A stretch of DNA of 63,075 bases, the filler included, from Olpidium bornovanus S191 (lineage: Eukaryota > Fungi > Olpidiomycota), in assembly GCA_017911155.1 (NCBI GenBank). It is 27 parts of 27 records of this genome, joined end to end, with 100 filler letters (N's around TTAATTAATTAA, not from the genome) between each part and the next. Parts side by side here need not be neighbours in the genome. Positions count along the whole stretch, not along the records: positions 1 to 2,816 come from JAEFCI010006978.1; positions 2,917 to 4,441 come from JAEFCI010012884.1; positions 4,542 to 5,942 come from JAEFCI010006055.1; positions 6,043 to 7,574 come from JAEFCI010012303.1; positions 7,675 to 9,664 come from JAEFCI010010031.1; positions 9,765 to 11,422 come from JAEFCI010005026.1; positions 11,523 to 13,331 come from JAEFCI010004692.1; 20 more parts are not named here. One strand, given 5' to 3'. How positions within the stretch are numbered: the stretch's first letter is position 1; each line of letters starts with the position of its first letter. Shown piece after piece: positions 1 through 12,097 of this stretch. The translations under genes and the position numbers were made by a program. The notes under the pieces are model-generated. The model saw nothing but the letters and a program-made list of their open reading frames with translations. It had not been told where the DNA came from and searched no databases.

Positions 1-1091
1 ATCAGGATGAGGGAAGCAGAAAATACGACGGTGTCTCGGCTGTCGAAGCACCAAAAAAAAAGCCACAACTACGAAAATCCAGCCTGCCGCCTACGTCAGC
101 ACGCGTCCGCTAGCAACCCCGGGACTCTTGCCCACGCCGGAGTAAGGTCCTTTCTTCGGCCAGTTGGCGGTGATCGTATCTGGCGCCTGTTTGAATCGCG
201 GCACCAGCGATGATATGCGTGACATGTCCAGGTTATGCCTGATCGCCGCTCGAGGCGCAGTTAAGCACCACAAAAATCGTATTATCCCAGAAGCGCGCCC
301 CAGTGAAATCGCCGGCGGGAAAAATAAGCGCAATTTCGGTTTCTTCGGCTCTGGTTGGTCGCGGAGGCTCGGTGTTTTTCTTTTTTCCCTTCTGCGCATG
401 TCACGTGACCGGTCGCGTTGTCGGGGTGACCTTTCTCCGCTCCGCCGGGAACACAGCAGACAGACGCAACGCCACGCGGGGGACCATTCCCCCGAGGACG
501 ACTTCGGCAACTGACACGCCTGCCGCAACGCTCAAAGCAAGCCCTTCTTGCCCTCACCGCCTCCTGGCGGGGGAACCTCCTCCCAACCTGCGTTCGCTCG
601 TTTCTTCGGCTCGTTGCCTGGACTTCCCTCCCCCCAAACTGCTCTCACCCCCCCCCCTTCGATCCCCGCTGCCAGTTCTCATCCCTCCGGATGTCAGTGC
701 GGAAACGCTTCGACCCTTCGCCAGTTCGCGCCTTTTCTTTTTTTTTTTTTGTTTTTTTTCTATCTCCTCTTCTCTTCCCACCATCCAGCCCTCCACACCG
801 CTGAAACGAAACCCGCGGTGTCGCCTGCCGCGCGCGTCACGATCTGCCCGGGAGACAATGGTTTCCGCTGATCAATCCCGAGGTTTTCGCGCCGCTTCCC
901 CGGCCACTCGCTCCCCTTCCTAGGTGACAACGCCCTAGCCCCCCCCCCCCCGTTCGTTCCCCAGGCAACCGGCCCCGCTCCCGACATCCCCCGGCCGCTG
1001 CCCGGAACCGGGGCGCACCGAGACAGTGGCCGCGAAGGGCAACCGGAACCTTCTGCGCCCGCCCGCGCCTACCCACCGACGGGCGAAAATC

Positions 1092-2459
1092 ATGGTTAAG
1101 GCCAACGCCGTCGGAGGGGGAGCCAAGAAGAAGAGGACAGGCGGCGGCAAGGCCAAGGCCAAGAAGAAGCCGGCGGCCGACGGGCATCAGCCGCCGCCGC
1201 CGCCGCTTCCGCTTCCGGTCGTACTCCCGTCGCGCATTCCCTGCCGCGTTCACCACGTCGGCTGGGTGTTCTGCGACCGCGTCCTCCTCCTGCCGGCGGC
1301 GGCCTCCGTCCACCGCCTGCAGATCGAGATCTGCGAGAAGGTGCACGGCGGCGCTGTCCGGCCCGACGAGGTCGTGGTCCTGAGGCAGCGCTTCCCCGCC
1401 GCGCCCCCGGCCGCCGCCGCCGCCGGCCGATCGGCGACGTCCCGGCCGGCCGGCACGAGTCCCGAACAGGCCGGCGGCGCGGCGGGCGCGGCGGACGGGG
1501 GAGACAAGGGGCTCCGGGGAGGCAACGGGGGGGCGCAGGCGACACCGCCGTCCGGGACAGCACAGGACCCCGGCGCCGCCGCCGCTCCCGCGGAAACAAT
1601 CCGCAGGCTGACGCCGGCGCGGGCGGGCCCGGCCGCCGGCGAAGACGTCGCGGTCCTGCCCGACGACCTCGACGACGCGGTGCGCAGGGGCACCAACGCC
1701 GCCGCGGTTTTCCAAGCCTGCGCGGAGCCCGCGAGCACGAGCGTCGTGGAGTTCTACCGGACGGACCCGGCGGCGGTGTCCGCCCTGGTCCAGGAGGTCG
1801 AGGCCGAGGAGGCGCAGCGCAGCCGCTCCCGGGACGAGTGGGGCGTGCTGCTGTACGGGTCTCGGCCGGACTACGAATACCGCCTGGCGCAGCGCGCCGC
1901 CGACCGGAACCGGAGCCCCGCCGACCCGGTCGAAGTCACGAGGAAGAGGAAAAAAGAAGGGGCGGCGGCGGCCGCGCAGGGCGCCGAGCCGGGAGAGGGC
2001 GCCGCCGCCGGGCCGGCCCCGGCCCCGGCCCCCGGCGCCGCGGGCGCCGCGGGCGAACCGGGCGAACCGGAGGGAGGCGGCAAGCCCGTCCTCGAACACA
2101 GGCCGGCGAAGCAGTCGCAACTGCTGCCGTCGGCCCGGCCGGGGAGCTCTGCCCCGGGCGCCGTTCGCGCCCACCAGCGGCAGCTCCTTGACGTGTACTA
2201 CGACGTCCGCTACACCGCGGCGAGCGCCGCTTACACGGCCTCGCCTTCCGCGCCCCCGGCGGCGTCTGCGCAGCAGCCGGCGGCCAAGCCCGAGCGGTTC
2301 AGGGTCGACCGGACGTCGCTAATCATGTTCGAAATGTTCACGCCGCCGCGCGCCGCCGGAACGCCGTCCTCTTCGGCGGCCCCGGGAGGCGTGCGGAGGG
2401 CCCCCGCCGACCGTCGAAAGCCTTCCGCGCTGCACGGAGGCTGGGTGGCCGGCATGTAG
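1092..2459 (+). CDS. Hypothetical Ala/Pro/Gly-rich protein, apparently intronless
   Basis: Long ORF (track 1026..2459) with first ATG at 1092 and strong GC3 bias. It has globular-looking segments (RIPCRVHHVGWVFCDRVLLL; EWGVLLYGSRPDYEYRL). No family recognised. Confidence 0.6.
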   Translation: MVKANAVGGGAKKKRTGGGKAKAKKKPAADGHQPPPPPLPLPVVLPSRIPCRVHHVGWVFCDRVLLLPAAASVHRLQIEICEKVHGGAVRPDEVVVLRQRFPAAPPAAAAAGRSATSRPAGTSPEQAGGAAGAADGGDKGLRGGNGGAQATPPSGTAQDPGAAAAPAETIRRLTPARAGPAAGEDVAVLPDDLDDAVRRGTNAAAVFQACAEPASTSVVEFYRTDPAAVSALVQEVEAEEAQRSRSRDEWGVLLYGSRPDYEYRLAQRAADRNRSPADPVEVTRKRKKEGAAAAAQGAEPGEGAAAGPAPAPAPGAAGAAGEPGEPEGGGKPVLEHRPAKQSQLLPSARPGSSAPGAVRAHQRQLLDVYYDVRYTAASAAYTASPSAPPAASAQQPAAKPERFRVDRTSLIMFEMFTPPRAAGTPSSSAAPGGVRRAPADRRKPSALHGGWVAGM

Positions 2460-2917
2460 CAGCGGGCGGCGCGCAGGGAGGCGCCCGCGGGGAACGGTGA
2501 AGTTTTTATTTCTTCTCTTTCTCGTTTTTAACTAGATTTCACCGGATATACCCATATCGTTTTTGATCGACCCGGGCTTTTTAGAGCACCAAAAAAAAAA
2601 AAAACAAAAAAAAAGAACAAAAAAAAAAAAAAGGCGTGTTCCGTCTTCGGGGAAAATCGAGGCTGTTCGCCAGAAACAGCCCCGCGAAGCGGGAACAAAG
2701 ATGTCTTCGCGGGCTTACGTTACAGGGGCGCGGGGTACGGGAGACGCTTCGGCGCGCAGCTTACGCGTTTGGGTTTTCTAGGGTCCGCCGCCGTCGCCGG
2801 CAAAAAAAAAAAAAAANNNNNNNNNNNNNNNNNNNNNNNNNNNNNNNNNNNNNNNNNNNNTTAATTAATTAANNNNNNNNNNNNNNNNNNNNNNNNNNNN
2901 NNNNNNNNNNNNNNNNC

Positions 2918-3681
2918 AGGGAGCGGGACACTAGGCTGCTGAAGATGCGGGTTGAGCTTATGACAAAACACAAAAAAGAGGTGAGGGCCTTGTTCTTCGG
3001 CGCGCACGGACGCGCGTTGAACTGAATGGGAACCATGACTTTCTTTATTGCCTACACATGTTAGAAACTACCGTACCGATGTAGCGACGTGCAACCGGAA
3101 TCTCTTCCCGTATTTGACGAGGACCGATTGACGAAAACGGTGAGTCTTCCGCTTATACAACCTGCCATCCGTCCAACAGGCATGAGTGCACCGGCGCATT
3201 TGGGAATTGGACGGACTGACGTGCCTACCTGCAGTTCTTCGAGCGCCTTGAGCTCTTCGCTCAGGAAAAATTGGCGCGGCGGGCTGAGATAACACGGCGA
3301 ATGCGGCGAGCGGAGATGGAAGAAAACGAGAGCAAGCTCCGCGAGGTCCGGCTCATCATTTCACGGAAGCAGCACTCCCGGCAGCGCGGAGCTGGCCGGG
3401 AAAGTGAAGAGAACCGGGGCGGGCGCCCGTCGTCCGCTGGCGGCGAGGAGCAGGAGAGTGGGCCGTCTACAGCGGCGCCGGAAAGGAAAAACTACGGCGC
3501 AGTATTCATGCCAATGCCCGGCACAGTTCACTCGCGGAAGAAGAGGGATCCGTGGTTGGAGCACTGTAGGGAGACGCAGTCTTTTTCGCCGTTGGGTTTT
3601 TTTTTCTTTTTGATGTTTTACGGTCATGGCTCATTCTTGCATCTCCCTAATCGGGGCTGGCCCGTTTTTCTTTATTGTTGA
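2918..3681 (+). CDS. Spliced fragment of an unknown charged/coiled-coil protein (5' partial)
   Basis: Exons 2918-2980, 3065-3139 and 3235 onward join in phase 0 via GTGAG..AG introns, with a CTGAC branch point before 3234. Product reads RERDTRLLKMRVELMTKHKKE|KLPYRCSDVQPESLPVFDEDRLTKT|FFERLELFAQEKLARRAEITRRMRR. The 3' end is uncertain. Confidence 0.55.
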
Positions 3682-4550
3682 CCATACCAGCGATCGCCGT
3701 GGCCCGTTCCACGAAAAGGCTCCCTAGGACGCGGAGGGTAGAGGTATAGTCGCGGGCGGCGCCGGCGGAATTATGGTACCCCAATGTCTGCAGACACTCA
3801 AAACTACTCTGCCATTCCTGCCCTTTCCGTCGCTGGCTGAAATGTATTGGAACGCGACTTGCAAAAATTGTTGAACAATTTCAGCGAATGAATATTCTCA
3901 AGTGAGTACGGAGTTTCAACGTTTGACGAGTTTTCCGAGCACAGCTGGCTAAGACTAACGTCTCCCGTGGACATCTGGGCAGCCTGTTCGAGGTCGCTTC
4001 GCGGATAGGTCAAGTTAGGCGTGCGTCCCGCTGCGACGGGACGTCCGCCCCGCCCTCTGGAACTGATCATAGTGTGCGTGTTCCGCAACCGCACGGTGAA
4101 ATCAAATGAAACGCCTCCCGACATGTGTGAGTGTTTGACGCGCTTTCAACGCCACCTTGATGAGCATGCCGCCGGTTCAGAAATAGGCAATCGGACTAAT
4201 TGTAAGCGAACCCGTGGTTTGTTAACGGGCAAAGCACAGACGGACACACGCACGCAACGGGTGAATGAGCCGGCGTTGTTGTCAAAGGACCTGGTGTCTG
4301 CCAAGAGGGACCTAATTCTTGCCAGCAGGAAGTCGAACTCTCCGGCAGGCAGCATTTTCCCCTCAACGAGGACGCGGATGTGCTCCATCAACGAGCCTTC
4401 GTTTAGGTTGTTTTTTTTTTCGCCCGCAGGAGGTGAACATGNNNNNNNNNNNNNNNNNNNNNNNNNNNNNNNNNNNNNNNNNNNNTTAATTAATTAANNN
4501 NNNNNNNNNNNNNNNNNNNNNNNNNNNNNNNNNNNNNNNNNCATGCATAC

Positions 4551-4681
4551 GCTGAACAAAAATTGAATGCTGTACGGCACTAATACATCTGCACCCTTGT
4601 CCTGGGGTTGCTGCACACCCTGAACAAAAAATGAATGCGGTACGACATTAATATCTTCTGCACCCTTGTCCTGAGGTTGCC
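4551..4681. repeat. Two degenerate tandem copies of a ~69-bp unit
   Basis: CTGAACAAAAA(T/A)TGAATGC..GTACG....TAATA..TCTGCACCCTTGTCCTG(G/A)GGTTGC occurs at about 4551 and 4620. Confidence 0.8.
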
Positions 4682-6528
4682 TTTCAATATCGAAATGCAA
4701 GCTGTAGTGGATCTGCGGAACCGGGGGGAAACAACATTGCAAAACACGAACGCCAAACCGACTATTCCGCCCCCAGCTTCTTCTGATGCAACCCGCACGT
4801 CGCCAGCAGGCCGCCAAACTGCTTTTAGGCCGTGTGGATCAGTGCAACTGGCCCTCACATTGTTCGTCTGTCACTTAACATGCAGGTTCAAGCTGACCGG
4901 AGGACACAATTACGATGCTTTTCCTCACGGTGGCAAGCGAACCGGGGGAAGCTGTAGAGGAAGGAATCCGCCGGCCGTAGGAAGCTGTGACGAAACGAGG
5001 CGGGCGGAGCTGTTGGGACAAGGGATGATTTGCCGAGAAGGGCGGGTTTATTGCTAAGGCTGGCGGAAAGTTTGCCGAGGAGGCCGCGAAATGAGAATGG
5101 TGATTGGGCCGACGTGGAGAACGAGGAGAGCCGGCGGCCAACGGATGAGGGCACAACGTGGGGCTGGCGGGGCCCAGGTCCCGCCGCGGAGGGCATTCGC
5201 ACACAGAAATGCCCGTTTCCCAAAGGGAGCCCAACCCTTTTCCGCGAGCACCCTTTGTCCCGCGATCTAGCTGAAAAGAAAAGAAGAAGACGAACAGAAA
5301 TTTATCGTCACGACGAGTCACGCGGGTCGAGGACGGATCACGCACCTGAAGACCGAGGCCGATGGGAGACGAGTGATTGAGAGAGAGAAAGAGAAAGAGA
5401 GAGAGAGAGGGTGAGGCGACACGGGGGGGGAGGGGGGCGGTTCTTGAGATTGATTTTCGCTTACGCAAACCACCGTCGGGGGCAGAATCACCGCGAGCGG
5501 GACCGAGGGGCTGGGCATTCGTGTAGGCGCTGAGGTCTACAGCGCAGGGTTAAAAAAAAGAGAGAGGGGGGGAGTGTCTGGTGGGGCCGCTTTCGCGTGG
5601 ACTGGATCTGCAAATCGGTGGTGTTGCCATTCGTCTTGACACCCGCCGTCTCGACACTCCTCACCTTCAAAGCTTTTTTCGGAAAGCCTTTGGAGTGTTT
5701 TTCAGAGCACATCCAGTTACCGGCGCTTCTGCCAAAGCCGGTGCTGCTCCCCAATGCGCCACCCTGTGCAGGTCGGCTGCCAATGCAGATGCGCTCTCAG
5801 GGCGCTTTCACCGGTGAGCTGGGCGACCCCTACCGCTGCAGGTCGAAAACCCCACATTGGGAGGGATCGGGCCCGTAAGGTGGTTTTCACGGTCGGATCG
5901 AGGTTTTATCGGGATTGCGCGAGGTGCTAAACGGATCGATTANNNNNNNNNNNNNNNNNNNNNNNNNNNNNNNNNNNNNNNNNNNNTTAATTAATTAANN
6001 NNNNNNNNNNNNNNNNNNNNNNNNNNNNNNNNNNNNNNNNNNATTCAATTGGTCGGGCCCCAAGCCCGGAGGCCGCCTTGTCCTACCTCCGCTTTCACCT
6101 CCCTTTCGTCCGCCGCCGCCTTCACAGGCGGGGAAAACGGCGGGGGAGAGCCGAGGGGTTTCGGGGGGAAGAAGAAGAAAATCAGAGGAGAAAAAAAAGA
6201 AAAAAAAAAAGAAAAAAAGAAAACAAAAAAGAAAACAAAAAAGAAAACAAAAAAAGGGGGCCGGACTCTCTCTCGGGTTGCGGGTTGAGGGGGGGAAGGG
6301 GGAAGAGGCGGGGGTTGAGGGGGTTTGCAGCAGAGGGGGGAGAGGGGGGGGGGGGAGAGAGAGAGAGGGGGGGGGGGGGGGGCTCTTTCTCTCTCTCTTT
6401 CTCTTTCTTTTCTCTCTCGTGGGTGGGAAAGGGGGAAGGGGCGCGTTATGATGGAAAAAAATAATAAGATAAAAGACGCCTAGACAACACAGAAAAAAAA
6501 CGCCCGGACGACAACGCTTTTCGAATCC

Positions 6529-6531
<3 letters not shown>

Positions 6532-6575
<44 letters not shown>

Positions 6576-6577
6576 CC

Positions 6578-6622
<45 letters not shown>
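6532..6622. repeat. ~90-nt poly(T) tract with a short C interruption
   Basis: Seen directly. A similar ~90-nt poly(A) tract lies at 7917-8008. Homopolymer lengths are unreliable in this assembly. Confidence 0.85.
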
Positions 6623-6624
<2 letters not shown>

Positions 6625-7039
6625 GTGAAACCCGGTTCTGCCAAGAAATAGAAAACGAACCCCCTTTCCCCCCGCTTCCGCGGGCGGCGGCGGCGGCGGC
6701 GGTGGTGTATTTTTTTCGGGGGAGTTCGAAAGGAGCTCTCTCCGGGAGCTGCTTGCTCCGTTACGCGTCTTGCGCGAATTTTTATAGGGAAGGGGGTACG
6801 TTTTTTATTTTCAGGGGGTACGAAAAACGGGTTGGCGTTTTGAGGGGGTGCAAAAGCGGGGGGTCGGGCGGCGCGGAATTCCATCTCTTTTTCTCTTTCT
6901 CTCTCGCTCTCTCTTTCTCGACCGCGGGTGCACCACCCCACCCCACACACGCGACGGCACACACACCCTCATCGCGCGTCACGCGCCCCCGACCGGCCTC
7001 CGGATTTTAATTCACGTCCCGAACCGCCCCGCCGTTTTT

Positions 7040-7121
7040 TTTTTCTCCTCTATTCCAAGGGGCACCCGCCCCAGTATGCACTTGTGCAGGTAGTCGAGGA
7101 AGCACGTGTTGAACTTGAAGT
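7040..7121 (-). CDS. Isolated exon-like segment of an unknown gene
   Basis: After a CCGCAG acceptor, a GC3-biased frame reads (D)FKFNTCFLDYLHKCILGRVPLG. It sits in otherwise low-complexity DNA and no donor could be fixed. Confidence 0.25.
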
Positions 7122-7916
7122 CTGCGGCCCGTCGTCGGGAAAAGCCAGGGGCCAGAGGGAGAGCGTTCCTGGCCTTTCACCTGGTCCCTTTCCCCGGCCG
7201 CCGTTTAGCCACAAGCGACGAAAGCGAACGCCCCCCCCCCCCCGCTTTTCCCATCCCGGATCGTAGCCCGGCTGAGTGCTACCACCGCGGGCGATCCCGC
7301 GGAAAGGAAGTGGGAAGGGGCGGGGACGTTCGGCCGGGTAGAAGAGCTTGTCGGCCCCCCGCCTTATCGCCGGCCGTTCGCTTGATCTCCGCAGGCCGTT
7401 TTGGTGGTTTTCCGGATTAAAGGATAAGAGAAGGAGGGGTGGAAGTGGAGGACCCCCGTGCCTTTTTCAGGGGAAGGAGATCGCCACGGGGCTCGTTTAT
7501 TCCGTGATTCTACCCGGTTTTATAGAGAGGAGTTCAGGGGTAAAAATCGGCGGACGAAGTGCTCTATCCTCCCCNNNNNNNNNNNNNNNNNNNNNNNNNN
7601 NNNNNNNNNNNNNNNNNNTTAATTAATTAANNNNNNNNNNNNNNNNNNNNNNNNNNNNNNNNNNNNNNNNNNNNCATGCCGCATTCGTCGAATGCGGGGC
7701 GTTTGCGGCCGGATATAGATTGCGCGCTTGCTGGAAGACACGGTAAACGGGGTCCCCCCCCCCTGCAAGGCGCGCCCGGCCCGTCGACTCAGAGCCTTTG
7801 CCGTCCGGCGTGATAACCCGGATCGCCGACGGCGCCGGTGGGCATTTGACGCGGGTCTTGCAGCGCGCGCGCTGTAAAGTTGCAGGGGCCCCACCCCGTT
7901 GCGGGGAGAACGGGAG

Positions 7917-8009
<93 letters not shown>

Positions 8010-8342
8010 CACGGACGAACCGGAATAAATCGGAAAAAAGAGAAATAAAAAATAAAAGAAAAGCGGAAGGAGGACGAGGGCGCGTCCGGCCTCGACCCAC
8101 AAACGCCGTCGAGGGGCTGGATCGTTCCGGCTGGGACGGACAGCAGGTCTGATTCTGCTCCGGGCAGGCCGGTTGCGAGCAAGGTTCTGGCTGCCCAGCC
8201 AAACCGCCTCCGCTTGCTTGCCGAGAGAGGGAGAAGGAGAAACAAAGACGAAAGAGGGAGGGAGGGAGAGAGAGAGAGATAGAGAGCAGGACGGCAGTAC
8301 ACGCGCACGCCATACAGGCTCCAGCAAGCGAGACCCTTCATC

Positions 8343-9065
8343 ATGAACGGGCGCAGGTATCGAATCTACAAGGTATTCGGGTACAACGTGAAGTCGCACT
8401 ATGTAAGTCGTCGCCCCTGCAGGTGGTGGCATGGGCGGGTGCACCCTTAAGGCAATGACGTTTGCTTGCCGGCCTTCTCGTTTTGCCCGCTGGCCGAGCG
8501 AGCAGACCCGTCCGTCTCGTTTTTGACCCAGACATGCCAAGGAGCCCAAACCGAAAGGGTGTGGGGCCGGTCGGGCGTGTAACTGCGTTCCCGTGGATTG
8601 TTTGCGCGCTGTTTCGCGCCTTTGCCGTGCGTTCTCCGGCGGCAACCGAAGCCGAGCGGCTGTATCCTGGGCACCGGTCTGGAGCGGATATCGCGTTTTT
8701 CCGGGGCTTGAAACGCCGCGCGGCTCCGCGGAGGAGTCCGGCTAGTATCCGCAACCTGCTCCCGTTTCATCCCGTTTAACTGACGCGCGTCCGCTGGCCG
8801 TACATCGTTTCGCTTTACCCGGGCCCCGGCGCAGATTGGCCTAGCTACTTACGTGGTCGCCGGTGCGGGCGTGTGGTGGGGGAGGAGGGCATGGAAAAAC
8901 AGGGAGCCCCCCGCCGTTGAGCAGTTCCCCGCGATCACGGGTGACGAGGACTGGATGGCAGACTGGGATCCATCCATAAAGGAGTTCATCATGGAACTGC
9001 AAAATGGGGAGACAGAGTGGGAGCGGGAACCGCAACGGCGTGACCCAACTAGCTTCGTAATCTAA
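8343..9065 (+). CDS. Small single-TM protein resembling mitochondrial ATP synthase subunit k (Atp19 family)
   Basis: Exons 8343-8402 (GTAAGT donor) and 8835-9065 join in phase 0 to give 96 aa. The sequence YKVFGYNVKSHY|IGLATYVVAGAGVWWG...SIKEFIMEL resembles the fungal Atp19 pattern Y-x-I-F-G-x-x-V-x-S-H-x-L-A-x-A-T with an acidic E-F-I tail. Confidence 0.45.
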
Positions 9066-10095
9066 TGAATCGACCACCGCCACGCGCGCCTGTCACGCGC
9101 AAGTGAGCACCGCCCTACTCGGTTTGCTTGTTGTTATCATATCAGAGTGGCAACACCCGGCATCGCCTGATATGGTTTTTCTGCAAGCCCAACAAATCAT
9201 ACCACGTTGTGAAGGGTTCCGGCCGCGCACCCAGCGCACGGCATACTGATGCGTCCCTCAAAAAAGCAGGCCAGAGTTGTTCGCTGCAAACACGGATGTG
9301 CCGGCAACGGTCTCGCCGGCGGCTTACACACCGGACCCTTATAATATCGGTGGTCATCAGCCGACCCACGGAGCGATCGTTACGAGAGGGCGGGGCTGTT
9401 ATGGCGCGGCGGACCCGAACAACCACTGGTCAAACCGGGTCAGCTGCTGGATTCTTTCCGAGAAGAGGGCCCCCTTGGCCCATTTTCGGAAATTGGGAAG
9501 AAAAGAGACCGGGCCCGCCGCGTTCATGTCGCGCGCCGAACAAAGCATGTCTCCTGCCCCCAGGGCTTGCCAACCACTCAACCCGCCTGGTCTCAAGGCC
9601 GGGGGATAGATTGTGGCGAACGAGCGGGCCACTCGTGGTCGTTTTCCAGATCTGGCAGATTGTCNNNNNNNNNNNNNNNNNNNNNNNNNNNNNNNNNNNN
9701 NNNNNNNNTTAATTAATTAANNNNNNNNNNNNNNNNNNNNNNNNNNNNNNNNNNNNNNNNNNNNCCCCCCCCCCCCCCCCCACCCACCCCGTCGGCGTCG
9801 CCGGCAACGACCCCCAGGCACCCCGCTGCACGTCCGGACCCCGTTCGCCATCCGCGCAGTCTGCCCGCCGATCCGAACCGCGCCCGCAACGCCGTTTCCG
9901 GGTTTCCTGTCTTCGAGGCGGCTTTTGCGCAATCTGGAGCAGGCGGGAAACGCTCGAAAGCGGCGGTCGCCTGATGAGCTCGACGTTTGCTGGACAACCG
10001 CCGCAGCCGGAAGGCTAACGCGCCTGCGGGTTACCTTCGGTTTTCTTCTCCCCCCCCCTCCCCCCACCGCTTCCCTAACCGCCTGATTTGCGCAG

Positions 10096-10923
10096 TCGTT
10101 GGTTCTCCCCGAGAAGATGCAGTTCCAGCACATTCTCCGTCTGTTGAACACCAACATTGACGGAAAGCAGAAGGTCATGTACGCTCTGACCTCAATCAAG
10201 GGTGTCGGCCGCCGCTACGCCAACCTTGTCTGCAAGAAGGCTGACGTCAGCCTTACCAAGCGGTACGCTGGAAAGAGTTGACGCAGAGGATTTTTTGCGG
10301 TTTTTTTTCATTTTGCGTTTGAACGCTCGTACTCACTTCTTTTTCTCTCCAGGGCCGGTGAACTTTCCAACGACGAGCTTGAGCGCCTTGTCACAATTAT
10401 TCAAAACCCCCGCCAGTTCAAGATACCTGAGTGGTTCCTCAACAGGCAGAAGGACATCAAAACTGGCCAATACTCGCAGCTCCTCGCCAACGGTCTCGAC
10501 AACATGCTCCGCGAGGACCTCGAGCGGCTAAAAAAGATTCGCGCCCACCGTGGTCTTCGTCACTATTGGGGTCTTCGTGTCCGCGGGCAGCACACTAAGA
10601 CTACCGGCCGGAAGGGTGGGTTGTTTGTTTGTCCGTTTGTCAGATTCAGCGTTTTTTCTGGCTGCTCATTTTTTCGCTGCTTTTTGTGCTTGTTATCCGT
10701 CTAGGCCGCACTGTCGGGTACGTTTCCGGCTGTTTTCCCAATGCAAACGCTATTACCAGTTATGATTATTTATCTTGTTTTATTTTTTTTTCCTCTCGCA
10801 ATTCCGCACAACCACAGTGTGTCGAAGAAGAAAGTGAGTTTGATTGCCTGTCTTAATGTTGTTGGCTGCTCTTTTGGACATCCAGCTGACAGTTTGCTCT
10901 CCCACTTTTCCCTTTGCCAGTAA
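10096..10923 (+). CDS. RPS18: 40S ribosomal protein S18 (uS13); initiator-Met exon not located
   Basis: Exons 10096-10262, 10353-10615, 10705-10717, 10818-10833 and a stop at 10921-10923 reconstruct [23 protein letters not shown]...[35 protein letters not shown]. All junctions are GT-AG and in frame. Confidence 0.97.
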
Positions 10924-11522
10924 ATTGTATGCGATTAAGTTTGCCCCCCAAACCGCAAAAACAGATGAATTTTTCTATCTGGAAGCAGTATTGGGGCCTT
11001 TGTCACAAAATCGGGTGCGCGATATACGGTCTGTTTACCGACTACGGCTGGCTGTCGAATCGGGGATGTTGGCAGTGCAAAAATGCTTTTGAATGAAAGT
11101 TGTCGTCCACGACGACGTCACCGTCGTCGTGCAGGGGTTTCTTCGGATGTTAGCGTCGGACGCGTTCCGCCAAAGGTTACCGCCGTGGTCAAGGTAATAG
11201 TCAGCGTCGTCGGTTGCCACATTCGCGGCGTCGAGGGCTTTGACCCGTGGCCGGCGCATTGGCCACCGCGGCGGTTATGATCGTGGCGGCGACCGTGTGG
11301 CCATGCAGGGAAATCGCTAATCTGGGTGGAATTTGAATCCCCATCAAGACTGCCAAAGGTCTATCCGGTGAGGAGGCCAAGCGCAGCAAAGAAAAGAAAA
11401 GAAAAGTAAATTGACACGAGGGNNNNNNNNNNNNNNNNNNNNNNNNNNNNNNNNNNNNNNNNNNNNTTAATTAATTAANNNNNNNNNNNNNNNNNNNNNN
11501 NNNNNNNNNNNNNNNNNNNNNN

Positions 11523-11779
11523 ACGATTCCGCATCTGTTGAGGAACGTAATAAATGCCGTCTCCCCGCAACGCGGCAACCAAATAGTCTCTAATTGCTTG
11601 GTCAATGCCATCGTAGCACGTTCTGTCGAAGACCGCGCTCATGCGGAGCGCATATGCCTTTGCCACCGTTTTTGCCACGGCTTCGCCATCGGTTTGCCGG
11701 GTAGGGTCTTTGCATTGGTCCGCAAGAAGGCGGATCCGCGTTTTCTCGACGTAAGAATCAAAGGCCCGCATCAACGAGC
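11523..11779 (-). CDS. Exon of an unknown gene divergent from YME1 (runs off the contig)
   Basis: CCCGTAG acceptor followed by an open helical-looking frame MRAFDSYVEKTRIRLLADQCK...RDYLVAALRGDGIYYVPQQ. Confidence 0.3.
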
Positions 11780-12097
11780 CTACGGGCAAGGCGAGGGAAC
11801 CGAGGGAAGGCGTTGACGGCGCTCGCTGGCTCGCACGCGGAGGCTCGCGAAGCCGGCGGGACCAAATGCAAACTCCGGTCGTTGAGCTTTGGACGCGTAG
11901 TGGGGATCGTTTGTTTGTGGGGCCGGCGACTGTGGAGCAAGTCAAAGTTGACAACAGCCGCGACGTCGCGGCCGGTGGGCGGCTAAGGCAAGTTATTTTT
12001 AATTTTTTTTTTTTTTTCATTTTTTTTTTTCTCATCGCTCAAGAAAAAAAGACCGGGCTTCCTCACACGCCGTCACGCGAAAAGCAAAAAAAAGAGG

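Noticed and set aside
4551-4681. 69-bp repeat as another exon+intron unit
   Set aside because: A minus-strand acceptor-like end is present, but no GT donor at a usable distance is conserved in both copies.
6049-8645. Poly-Lys and poly-Phe ORFs in the track
   Set aside because: They are translations of poly(A)/poly(T) tracts and linker N-runs, not coding.
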